From Squalus acanthias (lineage: Eukaryota): DNA of 64,000 nucleotides. Where the stretch lies: assembly GCA_030390025.1 (NCBI GenBank), contig JASTWF010000033.1, positions 5,334,001 to 5,398,000 of the forward strand, in the 5' to 3' direction. Below the pieces are notes generated by a model. That model saw only the letters and a program-made list of their open reading frames with translations, made no database searches and was not told the DNA's origin. The position numbers were made by a program, and so were the translations under genes. This document shows, piece by piece, positions 11,472 through 24,236 of the stretch. The stretch's first letter is position 1. Each line of letters starts with the position of its first letter.

Positions 11472-11590
11472 ATTGACCAGACTGCACAGCGCCTGATATA
11501 TGCGAGCTCAACCTTTATATTGTGTGATGCTGTTTAAGGTAAACCAATCAGCACTGGTCAGTTCCGCTCTGGTGAAGCAATGAACACTGC

Positions 11591-11663
11591 GGCTCCGTTG
11601 TGTAGTGGTTATCACGTTCGCTTTATACGCGAAAAGTCCCCGGTTCGAGGCCGGGCGGGAGCA
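11591..11663 (+). pseudogene. tRNA-Val scaffold, anticodon TAT, acceptor stem damaged
   Basis: ttcgc-tt-tat-ac-gcgaa; paralog of the TAC copy at 9084. Confidence 0.8.
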
Positions 11664-12299
11664 TTATGTTTAAACTTGCTGTGGATGAGCAACCAGCGGT
11701 GTTTATTCCAAATGACAAGAGATAATTACTGGAAATACTGTCAATCTGAAATAGAAACGGAAAATATCGGAAATTCTCAAGAGGTCAGGCAGTGTATGTG
11801 GATAAAGAATCAGGGTAGAACGTTTCAAGTCGATTACCCTTCGTAAGACCTGTGAAACGTCAGAGATGAATGGCTAGTTTATTGTCCTGTCAATAGGTCT
11901 ACAGCGTCTTCTCCATTGTTCTTTATTTCACTTCATAAACCAGATACATTTGAGTGAGAGAAAACTGATCCGCAGTGAGGCCCATTTCATCTTTTGTTCC
12001 CTTTTACAACCTAGAATCTCTGAAGCCCTAAAGTTCAGAAATGTAATTCAGTAATCTGCAGGGTGGCCGTCAGTCCGAAGCCTTTTCTGTCTGGATCCGG
12101 GAGTGCAGCTGGTGTAAGGCTCAAGGTTGCAGCTATTCTCGATAGATTTTTGTTTGGTAAGGTTATTAAGGGTTACGGAAACAAAGCGGGTAGATGATGC
12201 GAAGATACAGATCAACCCTGATCTAATTGAATGGCGCAACAGGCTCAAGGGGCTGAATAACCTCGTCAGTTCCCCTCTATTGAAAAGATGAACACAGCG

Positions 12300-12356
12300 G
12301 TTCCCGTAGTATATTGGTTATCACGTTCGTTTTGCACGCGAAAGGTACCCGTATCC
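12300..12356 (+). pseudogene. 3'-truncated tRNA-Val scaffold (anticodon TGC)
   Basis: gttcccgtagtatattggttatcacgttcgttttgcacgcgaaaggtacccg, then joins unrelated spacer sequence. Confidence 0.75.
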
Positions 12357-13382
12357 AGCCCTGACGGTGCAGAAAGTTCCTCTGAAAGTTACACATTCCG
12401 GCTGCTTTTAAGTTGAACAGTGACAGATTATTAAAGGATCCTGCAGCGCTCCCTCGCTTCAGGGCAGCAGATCTAATCCGCGTTTCTGCAAACTAATAGC
12501 AATTCCTGCTGTGTGCAACGAAATGCTGTGGGTTGATTAATGAAAATAGAAACAATTATGAATTGTCTCACAGAATTCATTTATGCCTTCAGTTAACCAA
12601 AATCTATCAATCGCAGCTTAAAATGAGCAATTGATGCAGCATCTTTGAAAGAGGTATCCAATTAGTCCCACTCCGCTGCTCTACCCACATAGCCCTGCTG
12701 ACACTCCTGTCAGTGGAAACTGATTCCCCCATAATTTTGAACACCTCTATTAAATCCCCCCTGAACTGTGATTAATGGAGTGCAATGCGGGCAAGTGTCA
12801 GATCATCCACCTGGGGGCCTAACAAAGATCGCTCAGTGTATGGTCTGAAAACATCATGTCAGAGAATATTCTCATTTCTTTCATTCTGCAAAAGAAAGTT
12901 AGCGGTTAATTAATGGTGATGAAAGCAGTTCTTATTTCATCACATTAGATTCATGTTATTAATTTAATAATTTAATAATCCCTTATCCTGTGACTCTATC
13001 CCTTAGTTCTAGACTCTACAGCCAGGGGAAACAGCCTCTCAGCAACTACCCTTTCAAGCCCTTCAAGAAAATTGTACCTTTCAATGAGAACAGCTCTCGT
13101 TCTTCTGGAATTCAGACAATATCGGCCCAATCTACTGAATTTCTCCTCAAAGGACAACCCTACCATGACAGGAATGAATCAGGTTTGATTCCCACTCAGG
13201 GACTTCAGTTTTGACAAAGACAATTGAAGTCTGTGAGACACTTAATAATTGTTTTAATCAACACACCAAAATGTTTGCACACTGAAGGAAATGCTAACAA
13301 ATTTGCCGGGTGACAGTCAAACTTTAATAACTGTTTTTATACAATCATAGATTCAGCGCAGAAGCGGGTAATCGAGCACGGA

Positions 13383-13455
13383 ATTTCCGTAGTGTAGTGG
13401 TTATCACGTTCACCTAACACGCGAAAAGTACCCGTTTCGAAACCGAGCGGGAGCA
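13383..13455 (+). pseudogene. tRNA-Val(AAC), probably pseudogene
   Basis: 73 nt followed by TTTT; G1>A and G53>T changes. Confidence 0.85.
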
Positions 13456-14270
13456 TTTTGAAAACATGTTCAATTAAATAGCAGAAAAATTGAACAATTC
13501 TCATTTGTGGTTCAATGTAGCAAAGTCCTGTTAATTTTGTTGTTTCTCTGTACAGTTCTGTACACACTCAAAACACTTCAGTGTCGCTCGCTCACTGCCG
13601 TTTCCAACCCTGACGGTGCAGAAAGCCTCTGTCAACGCTGCACATTCCGGCTGCTTTCAGTTGAATAGTGACAGATTATTAAAGGATCCTGCAGCGCTTC
13701 CTCCGTTTAGAACAGCAGATCTAATCCGCGTTTCTGCAAACTACTAGCAATTCCTGCAGTGTGCAACAAAATGTTGTGGGTTGACTAATGAAAATAGAAA
13801 CAATTATGATGTTTCTCACAGAATTCAATTATCCCTTAATACCTTTGTTTAACTAAAATCTATCAATCGCAGCTTAAAATGAGCAATTGATGCAGCATCT
13901 TTGAAAGAGGTATACAATTAGTCCCACTCCGCTGCTCTTCCCCCATAGCCCTGCTGACACTCCTGTCAGTGGAAACTGATTCCCCCATAATTTTGAACAT
14001 CTCTATTAAATCTCCCCTGAACTGTGATTAATGGAGTTCAATGCGGGCAAGTGTCAGAACATCCACCTGGGGCCTAACATAGATCGCTCAGTGTATGGTC
14101 TGAAAACATCTAGTCAGAGAATATTCTCATTTCTTTCATTCTGCAAAAGAAAGTTAGCGGTTAATTAATGGTGATGAAAGCAGTTCTTATTCTATCACAT
14201 TAGATGCATGTTATTCATTTAATGAAATTACTTCGCATTCATGAATTAAAAACGGTGATATCAAAATTAA

Positions 14271-14294
14271 TTCCCTAACCGGGAATCGAACCCG
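14271..14294 (-). pseudogene. tRNA-Glu 3' fragment (also at ~16846-16875 and ~60735-60760; plus strand ~33088-33114)
   Basis: ttccctaaccgggaatcgaaccc is the reverse complement of the tRNA-Glu T arm/acceptor end. Confidence 0.6.
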
Positions 14295-15044
14295 CTTCAT
14301 GGCGCTGCTTGGAATAGGTTATTGAATCATTCAAAGGTGCCCTCGAAAAATTTCACACTGCTAAATTAAAATCACTGCGACAATTTGTTCTGGTCTTGAA
14401 GAAGGGAATTGAAAATTATAATAAAAACGCCAGGCATCGACCGCGATGAGGCCGAGTTCGAACTTTCAAAGAAGCTGGAAGCGCTGAGCTGAAGCTGACG
14501 CCGAGTGACGGACGAGAAGCCGCTCAATATAAAGGATGAGCTCACAATCATCAGGCGCAGTGCAGTCTGGTCACCATCAAGCCACGCCTTTCTTATTCAG
14601 AAACATGAACGGGAGCCAGACGCCACAAACTTTAATTAAAGGCACAAATACGAGTAACACTTACGTCCAAATTTTCACTGTTAAAATTATATCACATTAT
14701 TCTAAATCTGACTGCGTTGAATCTGAAAGGCAACACCATGGTGATTTGAAGTTCACTGCTGGATTATATTTTCTGTGCACGGTAGAAATAACCGGTCCTG
14801 TTCAATGTGACAAAAGTTGCCCCAAATTCCTGGTGTCATCAGCAATGTACATTTTAAACCAGACTCCTACAGTACATTGTGTAAAATGAGATATGAGTAA
14901 CAGTTAACATGCAAAGCACAAAAAAAATGATTGAAGTATCGACTCTCGCTCAGTTATCATTTCTTTCATTGTGCAAAAGAAGATTATCGGTTAATTAATG
15001 AGGCTTTTCAGCGAATGCAACATAAAAGTTGAACAAAAAGCACT

Positions 15045-15118
15045 CGCCCAACGTAGGGCTCGAACCCACGACGACTGAGATTAAGAGTCTCATGCTTTAC
15101 CGACTGAGCTGGCCGGAC
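15045..15118 (-). tRNA. tRNA-Lys(CTT), slightly diverged
   Basis: GTCCGGCCAGCTCAGTCGGTAAAGCATGAGACTCTTAATCTCAGTCGTCGTGGGTTCGAGCCCTACGTTGGGCG, followed by a T5 terminator. Confidence 0.9.
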
Positions 15119-15648
15119 CTGACAATTTTGCAAGCCCTGGTCACTTATTGCAGTCAGGCGCCTGATGGCCCCGCCCCAGGGGTTTAACTTGTTCTGCAAA
15201 TCACGAACCAGGTTCTCTTCAATTCCAAGGTGTGTAAGGAAATCAAGCATCAACAGCCCTTTCATTAACCACAGGGATTTATGCAATGTTCTGATCGCAA
15301 AGCGCTTTTAGTCATTCTCAATATCTCTCGACTATTTCCGTCTGTTTCCCGATTCTGTCTGTCTCTCTGGCTCTGTTTATTCTGTGTGTGGCCACCTGCA
15401 GGTTGATTTTTAACGAATACCTGTGCTTGTGTCTTGTCACATTAAATAAATGAGGAATTGTGGCGCTTCTCTCCCTGATACTGGGGAATCAGTGAGACAG
15501 ACTTTGGAGCAAGGGTCTGGTATTGTGAAACAGCAAAGAAAATATTAATTCCGGAAATGCTGACATGAATTGCCGGTATACAGTCAAACTTCAATAAATG
15601 TTTTTCAGAATCATAGATTTACCGCAGAAGCCCAAAATTCAGCACAAA

Positions 15649-15707
15649 ATGTCCGTAGTGGTTATCACGTACGCGAAAAGTCTGCGGTACGAAACCGGGC
15701 GGAAACA
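15649..15707 (+). pseudogene. tRNA-Val remnant with anticodon arm deleted
   Basis: gtagtggttatcacgt|acgcgaaaagtctgcggtacgaaaccgggcggaaaca. Confidence 0.75.
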
Positions 15708-16982
15708 TTTCTTAAATCATGTTCAATTAAATAGTGGAAACATGGAAAAATTCGCATTTGTCATTCAAAGTCCTGTTCCATTTGTGTTTCTCTGTACAGC
15801 TCTGTGCACACTCAAAACACTGGAGTGTCGCTCGCTCACTCCCGTTTCAAGCCATGACGGTGACGAAAGCCCCTCTCAAAGCTGCACATTCCGGCTGCTT
15901 TCAGTTGAATTGTGAAAGATTATTCAAGGATCCTGCAGCTTTGCCTCGGTTCACAACAGCAGATCGAAGCTGCGTTTCAGTAAACTACGAACCATGTTCT
16001 CCAGAATTACAAGTTGTATAAGGAACTCAGACATCAAAATCTCTTCCATTAACCACAGGGGTTCAGGCAATTTTCTATGATTCTATAAAAAGTTATTGAA
16101 GTTTGACTGTCATCCGGTAAACATGTTAGCAATTCCTGCAGTGTGCAACAAAATGTTGTGGGTTGATTAATGATAATAGAAACAATTATGAAGTCTCTCA
16201 CAGACTTCAATGATCCATTAATAACGTTAGTTAAATAAAATCTATCAATCGCAGATTAAAATGAGCAATTGATGTAGCATATTTGAAAGAGTTATCCAAT
16301 TAGTCCCAGTCCGGTGCTCTTTCCCATAGCCCTGCTGATACTCCTGCCAGTAGAAACTGTTGCACCCATAATTTTGATCACCTCTATTAAATCCCCCCTG
16401 AACAATGATTAATTGAGTTCAATGCGGGCAAGTGTCAGATCATTCACTTGGGACCTATCAAAGATCGGTCAGTGTATGGGCTGAAAACATCATGTCAGAG
16501 AATACTTTTTTTTCTGTGAAATAGCCGGTCCCGTTAAATTTAACAAAAGTTGCCCCAGATCCCTGCTCTCACAAGCAATGAACATGTTAAACCATTCTCC
16601 TAAAATACATTGTGTAAAATGAGATATGGGTTAACAGTTCAGCACATGCAAAGAGCAAAATAAAATACTGAAGTTTTGACTGTCCCTCAGTAACAAGATT
16701 ATCATTTCTTTCATTCTGCAAAAGAAAGTTATCGGTTAATTAATGCTGATTAAAGCAGTTCTTATTTTATCACATTGGATGCGTGTTATAAATGTAATAA
16801 AATGACTTCGGATTCATGAATTAGAAACGCTGATGTCAAAATTACTTCCCTAACTGGGAATCGAACTCGGGTCGCTCGGGAGGCTTGGAATAGGTTATTC
16901 AATCATTTAAAGATGCCCTCGAAAAATTTCACACTGCTAATTTAAAATCACTGCGACAATGTGCTTCTGTGAAAATGATAAT

Positions 16983-17744
16983 GGCCCAGAAATTAAAAAT
17001 CGATGGTTCCCGCAGGGGTAAGGATTCCCCGCGATATCGCACTCTGCGCCTACCTTTTTGTTTCGGGCCCACACGAACTTCAGTTTCAGGGCCTCTCCCT
17101 GTTGCCAGCGTGCAGTGCTTGCGTGTCCCAGAGGCGCAATTAGTCCGTGCGAGCTCTGGGATCACGTGATTCAGTTAGAGCCAATGGCAGCACAACATCT
17201 TTCATTCATAGTTTTGACAGCAAGGGCTGTCAAATCTATGAATACTACAAGCCCCCAAAAGAACAGCTAAACCTCAATTATTTTTTTTTAAAAGCCATCA
17301 CATTAATTAAATAACTATAGTTCAATGAATTAACCACTTTAAACAAAAAATACAATTTTTGAAAAAATTTTAAATCTTTTTAATAGTTATAAAAATAAGC
17401 TTACCTTTCTTTAAAGTCTCTAAAAAAGATAAATCTGTTGAAAAAAATTTAAAATAACACTTAATTAACTACTTACCTTGTTAAAAGGGGGTCCTACGCT
17501 GCATTCTTTATGTGTAAAATCTTCACCACTTACCTGCGCGTTCAAACCTGAAAAAAAACTAAGTGCACTGCGTGCGCACAACCTGTACTGCACACGCGGT
17601 TCACTTAGGAACCGCCCCCTTTGCAATACACGAAGTGCCGGGTTCCCGCGCATGCGCAGTGCACGCAGGAAACCGGGAATTCGGGGCCTAATACGCAAGA
17701 GTACACAGTGCGTACTCTCGCGTATTCGCTCTAATTTTCGGGAC
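16983..17744 (-). mobile_element. MITE copy 4 with exact AAT TSD
   Basis: AAT-GGCCCAGAAATT...AATTTTCGGGAC-AAT; empty paralogous site gaaaattat-AAT-aaaaacgccagg at ~14411-14434. Confidence 0.9.
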
Positions 17745-18374
17745 AATAAAAACGCCAGGTAGCGCCTGCGGTGAGCCAGTGTTGGAACTTACAAACAAAT
17801 TGGCGCTGCGAAGTAACCATTGAGCTAAAGCTGACGCCGATTAAAAGCTGAGAAACCGCTCATTATAAAGGATGAGCTCACAAACATCAGGCGCAGTGCA
17901 GTCTGATCAACGTTAAGCCCCTCCTTTCTTATTCAGAGACATGAACGGGAGTCAGCCGCCACAAACTTTAATTTAAGGCACAAATACATGTAACACTTCC
18001 AAATTTTCACTGTTAAAATTATATCACTTTATTCCAAATCTGACTGCGTTGAATCTGAAAGTCAGCACCATGGGATTTTATGTTCACTGCTGATTCTATT
18101 TTCTGTGCAAGGTAGAAATAACCGGGCCTGTTCAATGTGACAAAAGTTGCCCCAGATTCCTGGTGTCATCAGCAATGAACATTTTAAACCAGACTCCTAC
18201 AGTACATTGTGTAAAATGAGATATGGTTAACAGTTAACATGCAAAGCACAACTAAAATAATTGAAGTATCGACTCTCGCTCATTTATCATTTCTTTCATG
18301 GTGCAAAATAAGATTATCGGTTAATTAATGATGCTTTTCCGTGAAAGCAACATAAAAGTTGAACAAAAAGCACT

Positions 18375-18447
18375 CACCCAACGTGGGGCTCGAGCCCACG
18401 ACCCTGCGATTAAGAGTCTCATGCTCTACCGACTGAGCGAGCCGGGC
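18375..18447 (-). pseudogene. tRNA-Lys(CTT), probably pseudogene
   Basis: GCCCGGCTCGCTCAGTCGGTAGAGCATGAGACTCTTAATCGCAGGGTCGTGGGCTCGAGCCCCACGTTGGGTG; T54>C and an anticodon-stem mismatch. Confidence 0.88.
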
Positions 18448-18894
18448 CACACACGCACGTACAGTTTTATCGCTGATTACAGCCAGGCGCCTGGTGGCTC
18501 AGCCCCAGGGGTTTAACTTGTTCTGCAAAACACGAACCAGGCTCTCCAGAAACCCAAGGTGTGTAAGGATATCGAGCAACAAAAGCCCTTTCATTAACCA
18601 CAGGGATTCAGGCAATTTTCTGATCGCAAAGCGCTTTCAGTCCTTGTCAATATCTCTTGTCCATTTCCCGATCTTTCCCAATTCTGTCTGTCCCTCTGGC
18701 TCTGTTTATTCTGTGTTTGGCCAACTGCATGTTGATTTTGAACGAATAGCTGTGATTGTGTCTGCTTGTTACTTTAAACAAATGAAGGCATGAGGCGCTT
18801 CTTTGCATGAAACTGAGAAATCAGAAGAAGGCAGGAGAAATGAAACAGTGTTTGTGGAACGCACATATATACAAACATCCCCCTTTACACTGCG

Positions 18895-18968
18895 GACCTC
18901 GTGGCGCAACGGTAGCGCGTCTGACTCCAGGTCTATGAAGGTTGCGTGTTCAAATCACGTCGGCGTCA
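18895..18968 (+). pseudogene. tRNA-Trp(CCA) with disrupted anticodon stem
   Basis: GACCTCGTGGCGCAACGGTAGCGCGTCTGACTCCAG...GTTGCGTGTTCAAATCACGTCGGCGTCA; 2 extra nt after the loop. Confidence 0.88.
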
Positions 18969-19261
18969 CTGTTCTTCCGAATAATCCCGGAGTTAATATT
19001 TTCTTTGCTGTTTCACAATACCCAGACTCATGCTCCAAAATCTGTCTCAGTGCTTCCCCAGTGTCAGGGAGAGAAGCGCCACAATTCCTCATGTATTTAA
19101 TGTGGCAAGACAAATGCACAGGAATTCGTACAAAATCAACCTGCAGGTGGCCACACACAGAATAAACAGGGCCAGAGAGACATACAGAATCGGGAAACAC
19201 AGGGATATTGACAAGGACTGAAAGCGCTTTGCGATCAGAAAATTGCCTGAATCCGGTCCGA

Positions 19262-20890
19262 ACTTAAAACAGTCACTATCACTAAAGAACAAGCACTCGG
19301 TAAAATAATGGGTTTAAAGGTGGACAAGTCCCAGGGAACTGATGGTCTGCATCCTAGGGTCTTAAAAGTAGTGGCAGCAGAGATAGTGGATGCACTGGTT
19401 GCAATCTACCAAAATTCCTTGGATTCTTGAGAGGTCGCAGTGGATTGGAAAACCGCAAATGTAACGCCCCTATTTAAGAAGGGAGGGATACAGATAGCAG
19501 GAAAATATAGATCAATCAGTCTAAAATCTGTAATTGGGAAAATGCTGGAGTCCATTATTAAGGAAGCAGTAGCACGACATTTAGAAAACAATAATAGAGT
19601 CAGCATGGTTTTATGAATGTTTGACAAATTTGCTGGAGTTCTTTGAGGATGTAACGAGCAGGGTGGATAAAGGGGAACCAGTGGATGTGGTGCATTTGGA
19701 TTTCTAGAAGGCATTCGATAAGGTGCCACGTAAAAGGTTACTGCACAAGATAAGAGCTCACGGGGTTACGGCTAATATATTAGCATGGATAGAGGATTGG
19801 CTAACTAACAGAAAACAGAGAGTCGGCATAAATGGTTCATTTTCCGGGTGGCAAACAGTAACTAGTGGGGTGCCGCAGGGATCAGTGCTGATGCCTCAAC
19901 TGTTTACAATCTATATTAATGAATGGATAAAGGGACCGTGTGTAATGTAGACTAATTTGCTGATGATACAAAGATAGGTGGGAAAGCAAGTGGTGAAGAG
20001 GACACAAAGAATCTGCAAAGGGATATAGACAGACTAAGTGAGTGGGCAAACATTTGGCAGATGGAGTATAAGGTGGGTAAGTTTGAGGTTATCCACTTTG
20101 ATAAGAAACATTTAAAAACAATTATTATTCAAATGGAGAGAGATTACAAAATGCTGCAGTACAGAGGGACGTGGAGGACCTTGTGCATGAAACACAAAAA
20201 GTTAGCATGCAGGGACAGCAAGTAATCAGGAACGCAAATGGAATGTTGGCCTTTATTGAAAGGGGATTGGAGTATAAAAGCAGGGAAGCTCTGCTACAAA
20301 TGTAAAGGATATTGGTGAGAACACACCTGGAATACTGTGTACAGTTTTGGTCTCCATATTTAAGGAGGGGTATTCCTGCATTGGAGGCAGTTCAGAGAAG
20401 GTTCACGAGTTTGATTCCTGAGATGAAGGGGTTGACTTATGAAGAAAGTTTGAGCAAGTTGTGCCTATACTCATTGGAGTTTTGAAGAATGAGAGGTGAT
20501 CATATTGAAACATATAAGATACTGAGGGGGCTCGACAAGGTAGATGCAGAGAAGATTTATCCCCTCACGTGGGAATCTAGAACTAGGGGTCATAGTTTCA
20601 GAATAAGGGGTCGCCCATTTAAAATTGAGATGAGGAGGAGTTTCTTCTCTGAGGGTCGTAAATCAGTGGAATTCTCTGCCCAGAGAGCTGTGGAGGCTGG
20701 GTCATTGAATATATTTAAGGTGGAGATAGACACATTTTTGAACAATAAGGGAGTGATGGGTTATGGGGAGCGGGCAGGGAAATGGAGCTGAGCTCAAGAT
20801 CAGATCAGCCATGATCTCATTAAATGGCGGAGCAGGCTCGAGGGGCCAAATGGCCTACTCCTGCTCCTATTTCTTATGTTCTTATGTTCT
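19262..20890 (+). mobile_element. CR1 LINE 3' half (decayed RT plus 3' tail)
   Basis: [32 protein letters not shown] peptides; tail cctactcctgctcctatttcttatgttcttatgttc. Confidence 0.92.
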
Positions 20891-22239
20891 TTAAACCACA
20901 TCTTATCTCTGATTTCTAGAAGGTTTTTTAAATTAATTAATCAAAGGCCCAAACTCTTGGCAGAGAAGGTGGCCCTTTCACTCAATCATCCATGCTTTGT
21001 GCATTTGCTGGACAGAAGTTCTCATATTGAAAGTACACTTTGATGGTTTGCCATGGTTTCTCTTAATGCAGTGAACAGAAAAGGCACCACAGAAAATCTC
21101 GAGATTCACCAGTGTAATATTCGAATCAAAATGGCTATCGATGTGTAGCTATTTGTTCTTGGTGTATGAATGGCCTCCACTAGTGGCCACAGATTATTTT
21201 CTCTTCTGTAATTTTGAAATAAAAATACCTTTGCATTTTCTGTTGCATCTGCACCACTTCTGGCTTTAACTTTTTCAATTATACATACCTTTTATTTAAT
21301 TTTTGGTTCCTGGGTTGGGTGCGATGCTGACAAGGTTCAATTTATTGCCACTCCCCTGGTGCCTCGAGGGCTTTAATATTCAAAGCTAATGGCGGCTGGA
21401 ATACAAATGAAAGGAAGCGATGCTTGAGTTTTACAAAGCCTTGGCCAGACCCCATTTGGGGAACTGCATTTAATTTTGGGCATCGACCCTCAGGAAATGT
21501 ATATATGGCCCTGGAGGAGGAACAGCCCAGATTCACCAGAATGATACAAGGGCTTATAGGGTTAAGTTATGATGACAGGTTGCATAAACCCTATGCATTT
21601 GCTTTACGGAGGGTCTCATGTTAAAGAAGCCACGATGACAGTTGTCCAAGTGTTCTAGTAAAACTGAAATTAGAAAAGGCACAGCAGAAGATTACGAGAC
21701 ATACGTGGTGTAAGATTGAAATCCAATCACTCATCCATGTATATTAGTTGTCGCTGGTGTTTGAACTGCCTCTACTACTGTTCCGATAATGTGATGTATT
21801 TTGCAATAATTAAATAAAAAAATCTTAACTTCTTTTATTTAATCTGCACCACGTCATGTTCACTTTTTCAATTATTAATTCAGTTTTTTCAATTGTTGCT
21901 CCTTGGTTTGTGGGCAGCTCTGGCAAGGCACCATTTTTTCCCAATCCCAAGGTATCCTGAGGGGATTAAACACAACATCTGAAGGGAGCTCAAATATGAA
22001 CAGGAGGAAATAAGGCTTCAGTTATACAGAGCCTTGGTCAGACCCCGTATGGAGCACCGTGTTGAATTGAAAAGAAAGTCCAGGGCTCGACAAAAAGGCT
22101 GTCGATTCACTATCGCCCGTTTTACTGTCCCGCCCAGGACCAATTTCATCCTTACCTGTTTATTCTATCTACTGACTTTTGGCTTTAGCATCAACTAATT
22201 ATATTTGTTAATGACGCTGATTTATTAATTTATAGTCTG

Positions 22240-22810
22240 TGCAGCACAATGCAGAATTCTCACAGGAAGCAGGACGCGAAGAAGTTGCGTTTATTCAGAC
22301 TTTTTAAAAATGTTATAGAGAGAAAATCAAAGATTGGGGATCTCACATGGGGAAAAGATAAACCTGAAATAAATATCAACAAACTTTAAAATAATATAAT
22401 TTTGTTTAAAGTTTATAATAAACTTCATTTTATCACAATGGAGAAATTTGACACTCCACAAAATTAAAAATAGTTATTCAGGGCCATAACGCTTGTTTAG
22501 CAGTCAATTCGCTGTTAAAACCCCAGTTACACCGAATCCATTTAACGGGGTATTTAACAGCGATATTGCCGGGAAAAGCCCGAGTTTGGTCAGTTTCACT
22601 GATTTCCCTGATTCCACTGATTGCCGGCTATGGGGGTGGGGGCGGGGGCACAGCGCAGCCAGTGTCGGAGCAGTGAATGACTGACCGCAACTTCAGGATT
22701 TCCCTGTTTAGATGCCCATGCGCTGCATCCTGAAGTTGCGGTCAGTTTCAGAGGGGTAATAACAGCGAATGTTGTTTGTTCGCCGTCATTAACCACCGCA
22801 AATTCCAGGC
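22240..22810. mobile_element. older MITE-like relic related to the Harbinger-type MITEs
   Basis: AT-rich core, 20-bp perfect inverted repeat 22680-22699/22727-22746, TIR-like end aaattccaggc. Confidence 0.45.
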
Positions 22811-23334
22811 TTTATAAAGGTAACCATTGTAATGCGCGCAGTATCCATCAGCCGAGTGGTAAATTACTCCTCATATACACCTCATGAAGAAGGTTACACT
22901 CAGAATAACTTGTATTTCATCAGTAGGATTGCAGGAATCAGTAAACTACCCGGAGATGGTCTCTGTAAAGGGGAACTCGCGGTATTGCCGACTGGTGTTG
23001 TATCTTTTCGCAGTTACAGTCCATTACATAGAATCACAGTCCGTCCGGCCGAAATCCATGAACGCAGACAGCAATAAAACCCAATAAACAGTTGGCACGG
23101 GGGTTGTTCCATGTCAGTTTAATTTTATTTAAATGTGTGATTACAGTAAAGGATTTTCCACACACGGCAGCTGCTCCCAGATTACAAAACACACCTTACA
23201 TCAAATTCAATCTCAATCAAATCAGCTCGGTTTGCCTTCAAAACAACAGGATTACAGAGACTGGGTGGTGAGGGGCTGGGATACCGTGTGAAACAACACT
23301 GTAGCCTACGTGTGAAAATCTCCCGTTTTCCTCG

Positions 23335-24236
23335 TTATTTTATAATCTTAGAAAGTACAGTGAAGGGATATTTCACCCCATTCTTCAGCTCCTCTCTGAA
23401 CTTACTCTGGGTCACGGCATAAATAAAAGTGTTTGTGCAGCAACTCAGGAGCTGGAGCATAAACCCAAGTTCTTGTACAATGTTTAACATTGCACCACTA
23501 TCCAACCAGTACATTAAAACAATTCTAGAATAAATCGTGGCCACCAGGAGCACAGCCCATAGAAGGATAAAATTCCCCGAGATCACAAAAAGTACAGTAA
23601 TTGATTTTCTTCTGTTTTTAGACTCTGGATCGCTGGGACTCTCCCCACTGACCCGGTCCCGAAGTCTCTTTCGAATTCTGATGGTCACTAAAATGTGTCT
23701 GACGGTTAAAACATTGAGCATCAGAATCAGAATAAATGGTACACACGGGGTGAAAATATAATGTAGAAATTCAATTGCTGCCCATACTGGTGAAAGCATA
23801 ACGCTGAGTGTCATAGCGCAGAACCAAGGTAGTCTCTGAAGCAGATAGCTGCCTGTAACCATAAAGTACCAGAAAATGTTCTTCACACAGAACAACACAG
23901 TCATTGTTCCAATAACCACCGCCGCCGATTTCTCGGTGCAATATTTGTTTTTTAGCTTCTGGCAACAAATGGCCACAAATCGATCAAAGGTGAAAGAGAC
24001 GGTGAACCAGACAGAACAGTCTGTGGCTGCATAAAGTAGGACGGCGTGGATATTACACACGGGAATGTCGTTAAGAAAGCGAAACTTTGTATTATAAACA
24101 ACGGGAATGTGCCTCAGTATCAGATCGATGATAACGACCAGTAAATCCGCCGCTGCCATGGCCACCAGGTACCGAGTGACACAATTGGAGAGACCACACT
24201 TTCCCCGAGACAGGGTCACAATCGTCACTAAGTTAA
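23335..24236 (-). CDS. GPR139/GPR142-like class A orphan GPCR, exon 2 (TM1 end to stop)
   Basis: open frame NLVTIVTLSRGKCGLS..AMAAADLL..FTFDRFVAICC..LLSCCTNTFIYAVTQSKFREEL; polypyrimidine tract and TTACAG acceptor at 24237-24265. Confidence 0.92.

Larger units (their letters stand above)
5960..12260 (+). repeat. tandem segmental duplication of a ~2.35-kb tRNA unit (Val, Val, Pro, inverted Val): copies ~5960-9060, ~9045-11575, partial ~11555-12260
   Basis: colinear near-identical blocks, e.g. ORFs 7977-8345 vs 10426-10689; 6075-6790 vs 9157-9875 vs 11664-12255. Confidence 0.9.
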
